Positions 38,119 through 48,874 of a DNA stretch of 64,000 nucleotides are shown here, piece after piece. Numbering within the stretch: the first letter of the stretch is position 1; every line of letters starts with the position of its first letter. Position numbers and translations under genes: made by a program. Source of the stretch: a virus; IMG/VR virus record IMGVR_UViG_3300017731_000001, one strand, 5' to 3'. The notes under the pieces are model-generated. The model ran no database searches. It was given only the letters and a program-made list of their open reading frames with translations, and was not told the origin of the DNA.

Positions 38119-39768
38119 ATGACTGATAGTGTATACCTAGGTAATCCCAACCTAAAAAAAGCAAATACGCCGATTGAATTTAGTGAAGAACAAATCATAG
38201 AATTCCTCAAGTGTAAAGAAGATCCCGTATATTTTGCAAATAATTATATAAAAATTATTTCTCTGGATGAAGGATTGACACAGTTCCATCCATATCATTT
38301 TCAGAAAAAATTAATTAATAATTTTCATAACAACAGATTTAATATTTGTAAGATGCCACGACAGACTGGTAAATCTACAACTGTTATTTCATATCTCCTT
38401 CATTATCTTATTTTCAATGATAGTGTCAATATTGGAATTCTTGCAAACAAAGCAGCAACTGCCAGAGAACTTTTAGCAAGACTTGCAACAGCATATGAGA
38501 ATCTTCCTAAGTGGATGCAACAGGGTGTATTAGTTTGGAATAAAGGTAATATTGAATTAGAAAACGGAAGTAAAATTTTAGCAGCATCTACATCTGCAAG
38601 TGCTGTCCGAGGAATGTCATTTAACATTTTGTTTCTTGACGAATTTGCATTCGTTCCAAATCATGTTGCAGATTCTTTCTTTGCATCTGTTTATCCTACT
38701 ATTACTTCCGGTAAAAACACCAAGGTAATTATCGTATCTACACCACATGGTATGAATCACTTCTACCGTATGTGGCACGATGCTGAGAGGGGAAAGAACG
38801 AATATATCCCGACTGATGTCCATTGGAGTGAAGTTCCCGGCAGGGATGCCGAATGGAAGGATACTACGATTGCAAACACATCTGAACAACAGTTTAAGGT
38901 TGAGTTTGAATGCGAATTCTTAGGTTCTGTTAATACACTAATCAATCCATCAAAACTTAGAAACCTTGTATATGAAGATCCGATAAAAAGAAATGCTGGT
39001 CTTGATATCTATGAGAATCCAATAAAGGAACATAATTATATAATGACTGTTGATGTCGCAAGGGGACTTGGAAATGATTACTCTGCATTCATAGTTTTTG
39101 ATACAACAGAATTTCCATATAAAGCTATTGCCAAATACAGAAACAACGAAATAAAACCAATGTTGTTTCCAAATATTATTCTTGATGTTGCTAAAGCATA
39201 TAATCAAGCATACTTAATGATAGAAGTAAATGACATTGGAGATCAGGTTGCAAGTATTCTTCAATATGATTTAGAATATCAAAATATTTTAATGGCTTCC
39301 ATGAGAGGAAGAAATGGTCAGATTGTCGGACAGGGATTTTCTGGAAAGAAAACTCAACTCGGTGTAAGAATGACTGCTGCAGTTAAAAAATTAGGATGCT
39401 CTAATTTAAAGACACTTTTAGAGGATGATAAGTTACTTACGGTAGATTATGATATCATTTCAGAACTAACTACATTCTCTCAAAAACATAATTCTTTTGA
39501 AGCAGAGGAAGGATGTAATGATGACCTTGCAATGTGTCTTGTTATTTTTTCTTGGTTAGTGCAACAAGAATATTTCAAAGAAATGACTGATCAGGATGTA
39601 AGAAAAAGATTGTACGAAGATCAAAGAGACCAGATAGAACAGGACATGGCTCCATTTGGATTTATATCCGATGGATTTGAGGATAGTGGTAGTTTTGTAG
39701 ATAATAATGGAGATCGTTGGCATACCGATGAATATGGCGATAAATCATATATGTGGGATTATATGTGA
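38119..39768 (+). CDS. gp17: Terminase large subunit gp17
   Basis: Walker A PRQTGKST, Walker B LFLDEFAF, nuclease VDVARG and NDDLAM. Confidence 0.97.
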   Translation: MTDSVYLGNPNLKKANTPIEFSEEQIIEFLKCKEDPVYFANNYIKIISLDEGLTQFHPYHFQKKLINNFHNNRFNICKMPRQTGKSTTVISYLLHYLIFNDSVNIGILANKAATARELLARLATAYENLPKWMQQGVLVWNKGNIELENGSKILAASTSASAVRGMSFNILFLDEFAFVPNHVADSFFASVYPTITSGKNTKVIIVSTPHGMNHFYRMWHDAERGKNEYIPTDVHWSEVPGRDAEWKDTTIANTSEQQFKVEFECEFLGSVNTLINPSKLRNLVYEDPIKRNAGLDIYENPIKEHNYIMTVDVARGLGNDYSAFIVFDTTEFPYKAIAKYRNNEIKPMLFPNIILDVAKAYNQAYLMIEVNDIGDQVASILQYDLEYQNILMASMRGRNGQIVGQGFSGKKTQLGVRMTAAVKKLGCSNLKTLLEDDKLLTVDYDIISELTTFSQKHNSFEAEEGCNDDLAMCLVIFSWLVQQEYFKEMTDQDVRKRLYEDQRDQIEQDMAPFGFISDGFEDSGSFVDNNGDRWHTDEYGDKSYMWDYM

Positions 39769-39998
39769 TGGACTTTGATGATCAATTAGAACTTGAACAT
39801 CTTCTTTTTTATGAAAGAAAGTGTAGAGTTTGTGGTCAGAAGAAAGATTTAATGGATGGATTTTACTTGATAAGAAAGGGTAGGGGAACTTTGCCCTCGG
39901 CATATTCTTATGAATGTAAGGAATGTACGAAAAATAGAATATTGAAAAAAAGAAAAGATAAAGGTTTAAAAAGTGTGTGGGAATATCCGGATTGGTAA
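39768..39998 (+). CDS. Small zinc-ribbon protein
   Basis: CRVC...CKEC; ATG overlaps the gp17 TGA. Confidence 0.7.
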   Translation: MDFDDQLELEHLLFYERKCRVCGQKKDLMDGFYLIRKGRGTLPSAYSYECKECTKNRILKKRKDKGLKSVWEYPDW

Positions 39999-40081
39999 TG
40001 TTCATGCATTGTTTCCCCAATGAAAATACCCGTTTTAATAAATATTTTTAGAATAAACTAGGACTGAGAGAGGAACTTAAG

Positions 40082-42262
40082 ATGCCGCTAAATTTAGCAT
40101 CTCCCGGTATTGTCGTAAGAGAAGTAGACCTTACTCAAGGAAGAATTGACTCTTCAACTAATAAGACAGGCGGAATGGTTGGTGCTTTTGCACAGGGACC
40201 AGTAGAATTGCCAACCCTTGTTGGAAACGAAAATGATTTACTGAATAATTTTGGTCAACCATATGGTTCTGATAAGCAATATGAAACCTGGATGGTTGCC
40301 TCATCATTCTTGGCATATGGTGGGTCATTAAGAATTGTAAGAGCAGATGATGACGACCTTAAGAATGCTGTAGATAGTAGCAATAGTTCTACAAGTATTA
40401 AAATTAAGAGTACAGAACATTATGAAGAATTAAGTTATGACGAAAATGTCGTTCCTAATGTAATCGTAACTGGCAAGAACCCTGGTTCTTGGGCAAACGG
40501 AGTCAGAGTTGCCATTCTTGACTGCAAGGCAGACCAAATTTTAGAACTTCCTGCTGCAGGAATTGCCACTGTAGGATTGGGTGTAACTCAAGCTATCGAT
40601 AGTGTCCTTCCTGGTGTCGGTGCAGGAACAACTCTTGACGGAGTTCTGAAAGGAATCATTACTCAAGTAGAGGGAGCACAAGCATACGTTAAAGTCGTAT
40701 CTCATGTTTCTGCTGCAGGAACAGAAACTGCTGTTGATTATCAACAGAACGGAATTTATCAGTTTGGTACATCCAATAATATTACAGTTGTTACTAACGC
40801 TGGAGTTGCTGCTGCACATACAAGTGTCAATGCAACAGCAGATTGGTTTGATCAGCAAACTCTTGCAACTTCAACAAATAATGTTGGTGTTGGAACCAGT
40901 GTAGCAACTATTCAGTGGAACATTCTTGCTGATAGACCAGGGACTTCCGATTATGCTTCAGCAAGAGGATCAAGATTTGATGAACTTCATGTTGTAGTTC
41001 TTGACGGAGACGGAAAAATTACCGGAAATGCCGGAACTGTTCTTGAAAAACATCTTAATCTTTCCAAAGCAAAGGATGCAGAGTTCTCTGCTGGTTCTAC
41101 TGCTTATTGGAGAAAATATCTAAAAAATAATTCAAACTTCATTTTTGGTGGTGGTGCTCCCACTGGATTAACAACCACCGGATTTAGTGCTGCCTTCACC
41201 GAACAGGGTGATTTTGGTTGGGATCAGAATGCTAAAGGAATTATATTTGGTGCAACTGGAAAACAAGACCTGACTTTGGTAAACGGCAAAGATTATAATG
41301 GTGCTTCCGGAATCGGAACAGTTGATAGTTTGAAAGCAACTGTTTCTAAGTTATCGACAGGATATCAGTTATTCCAAAATAATGATGCTTATGCAGTAGA
41401 TTTCTTATTGATGGGTTCAGGAAATCACGGTAAGACAGAAGCGCAAAATCTTGCTCAACAAGTTATTGCAGTTGCTGACATCAGAAAGGATGCAGTCGCA
41501 TTTATTTCACCTTATAGAGGTGCATTCATAAATGACTCTTCTGCCGGTTCTGTAACCGTTAATAATGATGTTGAGATCACTAGCAATGTTCTGAGTTTCT
41601 ATTCTCCATTAACATCATCATCCTATGCTGTATTTGATAGTGGATACAAGTACATGTATGATAGATTTGCAGACACTTTCCGCTATGTACCTCTGAACGG
41701 CGATATTGCCGGAACATGTGTCAGAACAGACATTAATAGTTTCCCCTGGTTCTCTCCAGCAGGAACTGCTAGAGGTGCCATTCTTAATGCAGTTAAACTT
41801 ACATACAATCCATCAAAAGAGCAAAGAGACGTTCTGTATTCCAACAGAATTAATCCAGTCGTATTCCAAGCTGGTTCAGGAATCGTTCTTTTCGGAGACA
41901 AAACAGCACTTGCCAAGTCTTCGGCATTTGATCGCATCAATGTTCGTCGCTTATTCATCTATCTGGAAAATGCCATCGAGGCTGCTGCCAGAGATCAATT
42001 GTTTGAATTCAACGATGAAATCACGAGAACTAATTTCGTGAATATTGTTGAACCTTTCCTCCGTGATGTAACGGCAAAGAGAGGTATTCAAGATTACGTT
42101 GTTGTCTGCGATGAGACAAACAACACTGCTGCTATTATAGATAATAATGAGTTTGTAGCAGACATCTTTGTCAAACCAGCAAGATCGATTAACTTCATTG
42201 GTCTGACATTTGTTGCCACACGCACAGGTGTCTCATTCGAAGAAGTTATTGGTTCTGTTTAA
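40082..42262 (+). CDS. gp18: Tail sheath protein gp18
   Basis: SPGIVVREVD, PWFSPAG..RG, FDRINVRRLF and KPARSINFI. Confidence 0.97.
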   Translation: MPLNLASPGIVVREVDLTQGRIDSSTNKTGGMVGAFAQGPVELPTLVGNENDLLNNFGQPYGSDKQYETWMVASSFLAYGGSLRIVRADDDDLKNAVDSSNSSTSIKIKSTEHYEELSYDENVVPNVIVTGKNPGSWANGVRVAILDCKADQILELPAAGIATVGLGVTQAIDSVLPGVGAGTTLDGVLKGIITQVEGAQAYVKVVSHVSAAGTETAVDYQQNGIYQFGTSNNITVVTNAGVAAAHTSVNATADWFDQQTLATSTNNVGVGTSVATIQWNILADRPGTSDYASARGSRFDELHVVVLDGDGKITGNAGTVLEKHLNLSKAKDAEFSAGSTAYWRKYLKNNSNFIFGGGAPTGLTTTGFSAAFTEQGDFGWDQNAKGIIFGATGKQDLTLVNGKDYNGASGIGTVDSLKATVSKLSTGYQLFQNNDAYAVDFLLMGSGNHGKTEAQNLAQQVIAVADIRKDAVAFISPYRGAFINDSSAGSVTVNNDVEITSNVLSFYSPLTSSSYAVFDSGYKYMYDRFADTFRYVPLNGDIAGTCVRTDINSFPWFSPAGTARGAILNAVKLTYNPSKEQRDVLYSNRINPVVFQAGSGIVLFGDKTALAKSSAFDRINVRRLFIYLENAIEAAARDQLFEFNDEITRTNFVNIVEPFLRDVTAKRGIQDYVVVCDETNNTAAIIDNNEFVADIFVKPARSINFIGLTFVATRTGVSFEEVIGSV

Positions 42263-42295
42263 TTCTACTTAATTACAAACGAGGTTTAAAGAAAA

Positions 42296-42889
42296 ATGCC
42301 TAGTCGTCAGCAACTAAACACCACTCCACTAAGAACAATTAGTGATTTCAAAAGTAGATTATCTGGTGGTGGAGCAAGACCAAATCTATTTGAAGTAGAA
42401 TTAGCATTCCCGGATGCTGTTGCAATTAATAATGATATTTTGCAGAAAGCAAGATTCCTTGTGAAAGCAGCTGCTCTTCCAGCATCTACCATTGCTCCTA
42501 TTGATGTTCCATTCAGAGGGCGTATCTTAAAGATTGCCGGAGATAGAACTTTCGAAACTTGGACAATTACCGTCATCAACGATACTGATTTCTCCATTCG
42601 CTCTGCCTTTGAGAAATGGATGAATACAATTAACAAAATGTCGGATGCAACAGGTGTTGTGGACCCAGAAGCATATCAAAAAGATGCTACTGTGAAGCAA
42701 TTAGATCGTGATGGTTCTGTTCTTAGATCCTATAAATTCTGGGATATTTTCCCAACTAATATTTCTACAATTGACTTAAGTTACGAAACAACTGATACTC
42801 TCGAAGAGTTTACAGTTGAACTTCAAGTTCAGTGGTGGGAAGCATATAGAGGAACTTCACCAGCAGCAGGTGGTGAAAATATCAGCTAA
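42296..42889 (+). CDS. gp19: Tail tube protein gp19
   Basis: GGARPNLFEV, FRGR.LKIAGDRTF..WTITV.ND. Confidence 0.96.
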   Translation: MPSRQQLNTTPLRTISDFKSRLSGGGARPNLFEVELAFPDAVAINNDILQKARFLVKAAALPASTIAPIDVPFRGRILKIAGDRTFETWTITVINDTDFSIRSAFEKWMNTINKMSDATGVVDPEAYQKDATVKQLDRDGSVLRSYKFWDIFPTNISTIDLSYETTDTLEEFTVELQVQWWEAYRGTSPAAGGENIS

Positions 42890-42918
42890 ATAGTCAAACA
42901 GAGTAAAACTACTATAAT

Positions 42919-44592
42919 ATGGCCAAACTTTTTGGTTTTTCTATTGGGGACAAAGAAAAAAAATCTGCTTCCATAGTTTCCCCCGTTCCCGCTAATAACG
43001 AGGACGGGGTTGATAACTTTGTTGCAAGTAGCTTTTATGGTTCCTATGTAGATATTGAAGGTGCATACAGAAATGAGTCGGAACTAATAAAAAGATATCG
43101 TGAAATGGCACTTCATCCAGAAGCGGATGGTGCCATTGAAGACGTTATCAGTGAAGCAATTGTAAGTGATTTGTATGACTCACCGATTGAAATTGAACTC
43201 AGTAATCTAAATGCTAGTGATAAATTAAAAAAAGTAATTAGAGAAGAATTTAAGACAATTAAAGAAATAATGGACTTTGATTCAAAGTCTCATGAAATTT
43301 TTAGGAATTGGTATGTTGATGGAAGACTTTATTACTTAAAAGTAATTGATGTCAAAAAACCAGAAGAAGGAATCAAAGATTTGAGATATATTGATCCAAT
43401 GAAGATGAAGTTTGTTCGTCAGGAGAAAAAACCTGATAAGAACACTGCCATAACTTTAAGATCAAATAGAGATGAAGATGCATCAAATGCATTGTCTCCA
43501 GAAATTGAAGAATATTTTGTCTATACACCAAAACCAAGTTATCCATCAAATTCTCTATCTGGAGGAGGTGGTGGTAAAGGAGTTAAGATAGCAAAAGATT
43601 CTGTCACTTATGTTACGTCAGGACTTGTAGATCGTAATAAAGGAACGGTTCTTTCTTATCTTCACAAAGCAATCAAAGCACTCAATCAACTAAGAATGAT
43701 TGAAGATTCTTTGGTCATCTATAGATTATCAAGAGCACCAGAGCGTCGTATTTTCTATATCGATGTTGGCAATCTTCCCAAAGTAAAAGCAGAGCAATAC
43801 CTTAAAGAGGTCATGTCTCGTTATAGAAATAAACTCGTCTATGATGCGAATACTGGAGAAATCCGTGATGATCGCAAATTTATGAGTATGATGGAAGACT
43901 TCTGGCTTCCTAGAAGAGAAGGTGGTCGTGGAACTGAGATTACAACTCTTCCTGGTGGACAAAACTTGGGAGAACTTGCTGATATTGAGTATTTCCAAAA
44001 GAAACTTTATAGAGCACTTGGAGTTCCAGAATCAAGAATTGCTGCCGATGGTGGATTTAATCTTGGTCGTTCTTCAGAAATTCTTCGTGATGAACTTAAG
44101 TTTTCTAAGTTTGTTGGAAGACTAAGAAAGCGTTTTGCAAACATGTTTAATGACATGTTGAGAACTCAATTAATTCTAAAAAATATTTGTACTCCAGAAG
44201 ATTGGAATCAAATTAGTGATCATATTCAATATGATTTCCTTTATGATAATCAATTTGCAGAATTAAAAGAAACTGAAATGATGAATGAGCGTTTAGGAAC
44301 GCTTGCAACAATTGAACCTTACATCGGCAAATTCTACTCAAATGAGTATGTTCGTAAGAAGGTTCTTCGTCAAACTGATGCTGAAATTATTGAAATTGAT
44401 GAGCAAATTCAAAAAGAAATTGAAGATGGAATTATTCCAGACCCCAATGCTATTGATCCTATAACAGGAGAACCATTACCTGCAGAAGGTGGGGATATTG
44501 GAGCAATGGGTGATGTCCCAATGGAACCAGAAATTGATGGTGGTATCACTGATGCAGAGATGCAAAAAGATACTAAAAAAGCAGAGATATAA
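42919..44592 (+). CDS. gp20: Portal protein gp20
   Basis: RAPERRIFYIDVGNLPK.KAEQY and EDFWLPRREGGRGTEITTLPGG. Confidence 0.98.
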   Translation: MAKLFGFSIGDKEKKSASIVSPVPANNEDGVDNFVASSFYGSYVDIEGAYRNESELIKRYREMALHPEADGAIEDVISEAIVSDLYDSPIEIELSNLNASDKLKKVIREEFKTIKEIMDFDSKSHEIFRNWYVDGRLYYLKVIDVKKPEEGIKDLRYIDPMKMKFVRQEKKPDKNTAITLRSNRDEDASNALSPEIEEYFVYTPKPSYPSNSLSGGGGGKGVKIAKDSVTYVTSGLVDRNKGTVLSYLHKAIKALNQLRMIEDSLVIYRLSRAPERRIFYIDVGNLPKVKAEQYLKEVMSRYRNKLVYDANTGEIRDDRKFMSMMEDFWLPRREGGRGTEITTLPGGQNLGELADIEYFQKKLYRALGVPESRIAADGGFNLGRSSEILRDELKFSKFVGRLRKRFANMFNDMLRTQLILKNICTPEDWNQISDHIQYDFLYDNQFAELKETEMMNERLGTLATIEPYIGKFYSNEYVRKKVLRQTDAEIIEIDEQIQKEIEDGIIPDPNAIDPITGEPLPAEGGDIGAMGDVPMEPEIDGGITDAEMQKDTKKAEI

Positions 44593-44595
44593 ATA
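44588..44595 (+). promoter_or_regulatory. T4-type late promoter
   Basis: TATAAATA at the end of gp20. Confidence 0.75.
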
Positions 44596-44621
44596 ACTGA
44601 ATAGGACTTATATTAATTTTT

Positions 44622-44804
44622 ATGGAAGAAATTGTAGATTTGATTGCTGTTGATTCGTCGGCAGCAGAAATCAGTGATAAAATTAAAGATCTTTTATACA
44701 CAAAAGCAACTGAAAGGATTGATAATCTTAAACCAGAAGTTGCATCTTCTATGTTCGGTGAAGTAGAACCTGAGGACCAATCATCATCTGAGGATCAAGA
44801 ATAA
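44622..44804 (+). CDS. Small acidic prohead-core-like protein (position of T4 gp67)
   Basis: Position between gp20 and gp21; acidic C-terminal tail. Confidence 0.6.
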   Translation: MEEIVDLIAVDSSAAEISDKIKDLLYTKATERIDNLKPEVASSMFGEVEPEDQSSSEDQE

Positions 44805-45379
44805 TGGCACATAAACCGGTAGGAAGCGGAGTATCCTTTGCTGCTTCTGCAGCAACAGCGACATCTGGTATCATGACTCATTTTACCGATACTGTTAGGA
44901 TAACTGCTTTTGGTGGAGATGCACATGTTGTAACTGGAATTGATCCTACTTCATCCAAATTTGACTATTATATTCCAACAGGTACTTCGGCAACACTGAG
45001 TATTGGAAGACCAAAATCGCAAAAAGTTGTTGGTGTCACAACTGGTGCTACTACAACTATTGATTTCCCTGCAGGAAGTGGAAGTCCATTCGAAGTTGGA
45101 GATAAAGTTCAACTGACTGGAATTGTTCCTGCCGGTGCTAATGGTGGTACTTCTGGAATAGGACTTACAGTTCTTTCAGTTCTCGATGGATCTTTTAGTA
45201 GAAATTCTAACGGAGATCCTGGATATTTTAGCACTAGACTTACTCTTGCTCACAACACTGCTAGTGTAGGACCAATCACTGATGGTGAGGGTGAACTGAG
45301 AGATGTTTTCCAAGTAGCAGCAGTTGGAACTGCTTCGGGTGTATATGTCCAACAAGTTCAAATTACCGGAGTAGCCTGA
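44804..45379 (+). CDS. Putative virion structural protein
   Basis: Gly/Thr-rich beta-type sequence, translationally coupled within the head operon. Confidence 0.65.
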   Translation: MAHKPVGSGVSFAASAATATSGIMTHFTDTVRITAFGGDAHVVTGIDPTSSKFDYYIPTGTSATLSIGRPKSQKVVGVTTGATTTIDFPAGSGSPFEVGDKVQLTGIVPAGANGGTSGIGLTVLSVLDGSFSRNSNGDPGYFSTRLTLAHNTASVGPITDGEGELRDVFQVAAVGTASGVYVQQVQITGVA

Positions 45380-46029
45380 TGAAACTAATCACGGAAGAAA
45401 TTTCTAGCGTCAAATTTGTCACCGAAGGCAAAGGTTCTAGTAAAAAGATGTATATTGAGGGCACTTTCCTTCAGGGCGAAATTAAAAATCGCAATGGAAG
45501 AATGTATCCTGTTTCAACTCTTGCAAAAGAAGTTGGAAGATATAACGAATCATTCGTCAATAAAGGACGTGCTCTTGGAGAACTTGGACACCCCGATGGT
45601 CCTACTGTCAATTTAGATCGTGTTTCTCATAAGATTGTTTCTCTTCGTCAGGAAGGGAATAATTTTGTAGGTAAAGCACAACTGCTTGATACTCCGATGG
45701 GTAAGATTGCAAAATCACTTCTTGATGAAGGTGTGATGCTTGGAGTCTCTTCTCGTGGTATTGGTTCCATTAAAGAAGATACTAATGGTGTCAAAGTTGT
45801 AGGTGAAGATTTCATGTTAGCAACTGCTGCTGATATCGTTGCCGATCCTTCTGCACCTGATGCTTTTGTATCAGGAATTATGGAAGGAAAAGAGTGGATT
45901 TGGGAAGGAGGAATCCTTCGCGAACAACTTGCAGAAAGAACACAACAAAGAATTAATACTCTTGTCTCTCAAAAAAGACTTGAGGAACATAAGCTGGAGT
46001 TATTTAATAATTTCCTCTCAAATCTTTAA
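45379..46029 (+). CDS. gp21: Prohead protease gp21
   Basis: NRNGRMY, ALGELGHP, GVSSRG.GS and DIVADPSAPDAFV. Confidence 0.97.
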   Translation: MKLITEEISSVKFVTEGKGSSKKMYIEGTFLQGEIKNRNGRMYPVSTLAKEVGRYNESFVNKGRALGELGHPDGPTVNLDRVSHKIVSLRQEGNNFVGKAQLLDTPMGKIAKSLLDEGVMLGVSSRGIGSIKEDTNGVKVVGEDFMLATAADIVADPSAPDAFVSGIMEGKEWIWEGGILREQLAERTQQRINTLVSQKRLEEHKLELFNNFLSNL

Positions 46030-46031
46030 AT

Positions 46032-46039
46032 TATAAATA
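46032..46039 (+). promoter_or_regulatory. T4-type late promoter
   Basis: TATAAATA upstream of gp22. Confidence 0.8.
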
Positions 46040-46058
46040 AATATAGATTAATACAATC

Positions 46059-47210
46059 ATGTCTAATCAAATGTCCGTTGGTAGCAATTTACAAGAAATG
46101 GAAAACGTAGTAACTAAAAACGCTGCGCCTGGAGAACCAATGCAGAAGTTAACCACAGGTGGTACTCCTGCTACGTATGAGGATCTAGGTGGGCCGACCC
46201 CAGAAAACTCTAGACCCGATGACGATTCTAACAAACTCGCCACTCCTGGTGCATCTCTTAAACAAGTTAGAGATGTTGTAAACAAAGGTGCCAAACCTGC
46301 GGAAACTGCAAAAGGCATGAAGGAAGAGGAAACTGAAGTAGAAGTAGAAGAGGATCAAGAAATTGTATCCGAAGAGGAAACAACCGAAGAAGAAGTAGTC
46401 TCTGAAGAAGAGACCACTGAAGAAGAAGTTGTTGCCGAAACTACTGAAGATTCAGAAGAAGCAATTGTCGAGGAAGAAGTAATTGATGTTGAAGAAGACA
46501 TCAATGCTCTTATTTCTGGAGAAGAACTTTCCGAAGAATTCCAAGAAAAGGCACGCACCATCTTTGAAGCAGCAATTAGAACTAAGATTGCAGAAATCAA
46601 AGAAGAGATGAAGTCTGAGTATGAGAATTCTCTTGTAGAGGAAGTTGCTGCTGTTAAGGCAGAACTCTCCGAGCGTACCGACGCTTATCTTGAGTATGTT
46701 GCTGATGAGTGGATTTCTGAAAATCAACTCGCAGTTGAGCACGGTCTTAAGACCGAAATGACCGAATCATTCCTCACTGGAATGAGAGGACTTTTTGAAG
46801 ATCATTATGTAACTATCCCTGAAGAAAAATATGATGTAATTCATAGTATGGTAGAAAAACTTGATGAAATGGAAGATAAACTCAATGAGCAAATCAATAA
46901 GAACGTTGCTCTAAACAAAAGATTATCAGAATCGGTTGCCGATGTAATCCTTGCGGATGTATCAGAGGGTCTTGCTCTCTCCCAAAAGGAAAAACTCGCT
47001 TCTCTTGCTGAAAATGTTGAGTTTGAAAGTGAATCTAACTATCGTGAAAAACTGGCAACGCTGAGAGATTCTTATTTCTCTGCTAATCCCAGCGCACAGA
47101 GAAACCATTCAGAAAATATTTCTGAAGGTGCAGAAGGAGGACATCAACCAGAAGTGTCTGGATTGATGGAATCATATCTTCAGACTCTGAATAGAGTTTC
47201 GAAAAAGTGA
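46059..47210 (+). CDS. gp22: Prohead core scaffold gp22
   Basis: Glu-rich; LSEEF.EKA.TIFEAA and YLEYVADEW..EN; lies between gp21 and gp23. Confidence 0.93.
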   Translation: MSNQMSVGSNLQEMENVVTKNAAPGEPMQKLTTGGTPATYEDLGGPTPENSRPDDDSNKLATPGASLKQVRDVVNKGAKPAETAKGMKEEETEVEVEEDQEIVSEEETTEEEVVSEEETTEEEVVAETTEDSEEAIVEEEVIDVEEDINALISGEELSEEFQEKARTIFEAAIRTKIAEIKEEMKSEYENSLVEEVAAVKAELSERTDAYLEYVADEWISENQLAVEHGLKTEMTESFLTGMRGLFEDHYVTIPEEKYDVIHSMVEKLDEMEDKLNEQINKNVALNKRLSESVADVILADVSEGLALSQKEKLASLAENVEFESESNYREKLATLRDSYFSANPSAQRNHSENISEGAEGGHQPEVSGLMESYLQTLNRVSKK

Positions 47211-47265
47211 TTTTTTAAATTATTAACAACAAACAAAACAAAAAAATTTAAGAGGCAAAATTCAA

Positions 47266-48639
47266 ATGCAAATGTTCAACGCCGAACAACTGCAGGAGAA
47301 GTGGGCACCAATCCTTAATCATGACGGTCTCGGAGAAATCCAAGATCCTCATAAGAGAATGGTTACCTCAGTTCTTCTGGAGAACCAAGAAAAAATGCTT
47401 AGAGAGGAATCTGAATTCCTCGGAGAAGCAGCTCCTACTAACTCCACTACCGGTGGTACTGGAGCAATCAGTAATTTCGACCCCGTTCTGATCTCTCTGA
47501 TCAGACGCTCTATGCCTAACCTGGTCGCTTATGACCTGGCTGGCGTTCAACCGATGAACGGTCCTACTGGACTGATCTTCGCAATGCGCTCTCGCTATGC
47601 CGGACAAGGCGGCGAAGAAGCATTCTACAACGAAGCAGATTCTGCATTCTCTGGTCAGAATAACAACTTCGACCTGACCGGTGGAATGACTCAGGCTGCT
47701 GTTGGTTTGGGTACTACCAACCAGCAAGGAACCAACCCTGGCGCTCTTGATGGCACTTTCCCTGCTACTGCTGATGCCACTACCTACAACTTAGGTAACG
47801 GCATGACCACCCAGAATGCTGAAGCATTGGGTGATGGCACGAATAATGAGTTCAACGAGATGGCTTTCTCGATTGAGAAAGTTACCGTTACTGCCAAGTC
47901 ACGCGCTCTGAAAGCTGAGTATTCACTCGAACTCGCTCAGGACTTGAAAGCAATTCATGGTCTGAATGCTGAAGCGGAACTCGCAAATATTCTCTCCACA
48001 GAGATTCTTGCTGAGATCAACCGCGAAGTCATCAGAACCATCTATAACGTTGCTGTTCCTGGTGCTCAGGCTAATGTTGCAACCGGTGGTACTTTCGACC
48101 TTGACATCGACTCTAACGGACGTTGGTCTGTTGAGAAGTTCAAGGGTCTCATCTTCCAGATGGAAAGAGATGCTAACGCTATCGCGCAGCAAACTCGTAG
48201 AGGAAAGGGTAATATGATCCTCTGCTCTGCTGACGTTGCTTCGGCACTCACCATGGCAGGTGTTCTTGATTACACCCCTGCACTCAACGCTAATCTTAAC
48301 GTTGACGACTCCGGTAACACCTTCGCTGGTGTTCTTCAAGGTAAGTATCGCGTCTACATCGATCCTTATGCTGCTAACGTTGCTGCTAACCAGTACTACG
48401 TTGTTGGATATAAAGGTTCTTCACCTTATGACGCAGGTCTGTTCTACTGCCCTTACGTTCCTCTTCAGATGGTTCGTGCAGTTGGAGAGAACACCTTCCA
48501 GCCCAAAATCGGATTTAAGACTCGCTACGGCATGGTCGCAAACCCATTCGCCCGTGGCGCTTCAATGGATAACCCTGGTGTTATCGCTCGTAACTCTAAC
48601 CGCTACTATCGTCGCGTTAAGGTTCTCAACCTTATGTGA
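47266..48639 (+). CDS. gp23: Major capsid protein gp23
   Basis: GVQPM.GPTGLIFAMR, AKSRALKAEYSLELAQDLKAIHGL and FQPKIGFKTRYG. Confidence 0.99.
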   Translation: MQMFNAEQLQEKWAPILNHDGLGEIQDPHKRMVTSVLLENQEKMLREESEFLGEAAPTNSTTGGTGAISNFDPVLISLIRRSMPNLVAYDLAGVQPMNGPTGLIFAMRSRYAGQGGEEAFYNEADSAFSGQNNNFDLTGGMTQAAVGLGTTNQQGTNPGALDGTFPATADATTYNLGNGMTTQNAEALGDGTNNEFNEMAFSIEKVTVTAKSRALKAEYSLELAQDLKAIHGLNAEAELANILSTEILAEINREVIRTIYNVAVPGAQANVATGGTFDLDIDSNGRWSVEKFKGLIFQMERDANAIAQQTRRGKGNMILCSADVASALTMAGVLDYTPALNANLNVDDSGNTFAGVLQGKYRVYIDPYAANVAANQYYVVGYKGSSPYDAGLFYCPYVPLQMVRAVGENTFQPKIGFKTRYGMVANPFARGASMDNPGVIARNSNRYYRRVKVLNLM

Positions 48640-48663
48640 TCCATCGGATACACAAAGTTCATC

Positions 48664-48689
48664 AGACCTCCGCAAGGGGGTCTTTTTTT
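48664..48689 (+). terminator. Rho-independent terminator after gp23
   Basis: AGACCTCC-GCAA-GGGGGTCT followed by a T tract. Confidence 0.9.
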
Positions 48690-48718
48690 GTCTAAATACA
48701 GATAAAAGCATTCTTGAA

Positions 48719-48874
48719 ATGAAACCGACACCTAGAGAGCATAAAGAAGCACTAAACCGTCATGCTACACTTGTGAAGCATTTGATTGATGAAGGTTATG
48801 CTCAAGATGAAGAGTCTGCAAATAATATCATAATAGGTATGAGTGAACAGTGGTATTCTTTGATTATTGACTGA
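48719..48874 (+). CDS. 51-aa hypothetical protein (real part of the 48236-48874 track ORF)
   Basis: MKPTPREH...LIDEGYA...MSEQW, after the late-like promoter TCTAAATA at 48691. Confidence 0.7.
   Translation: MKPTPREHKEALNRHATLVKHLIDEGYAQDEESANNIIIGMSEQWYSLIID

Noticed and set aside
38119-48639. Introns, inteins, homing endonucleases or stop-codon recoding in core genes
   Set aside because: gp17, gp18, gp20 and gp23 are uninterrupted and of normal length, and TAA, TAG and TGA all act as stops.
48236-48718. 212-aa alternative-frame ORF overlapping gp23
   Set aside because: Shadow of biased gp23 codon usage, and it crosses the terminator; only the last 51 codons look real.
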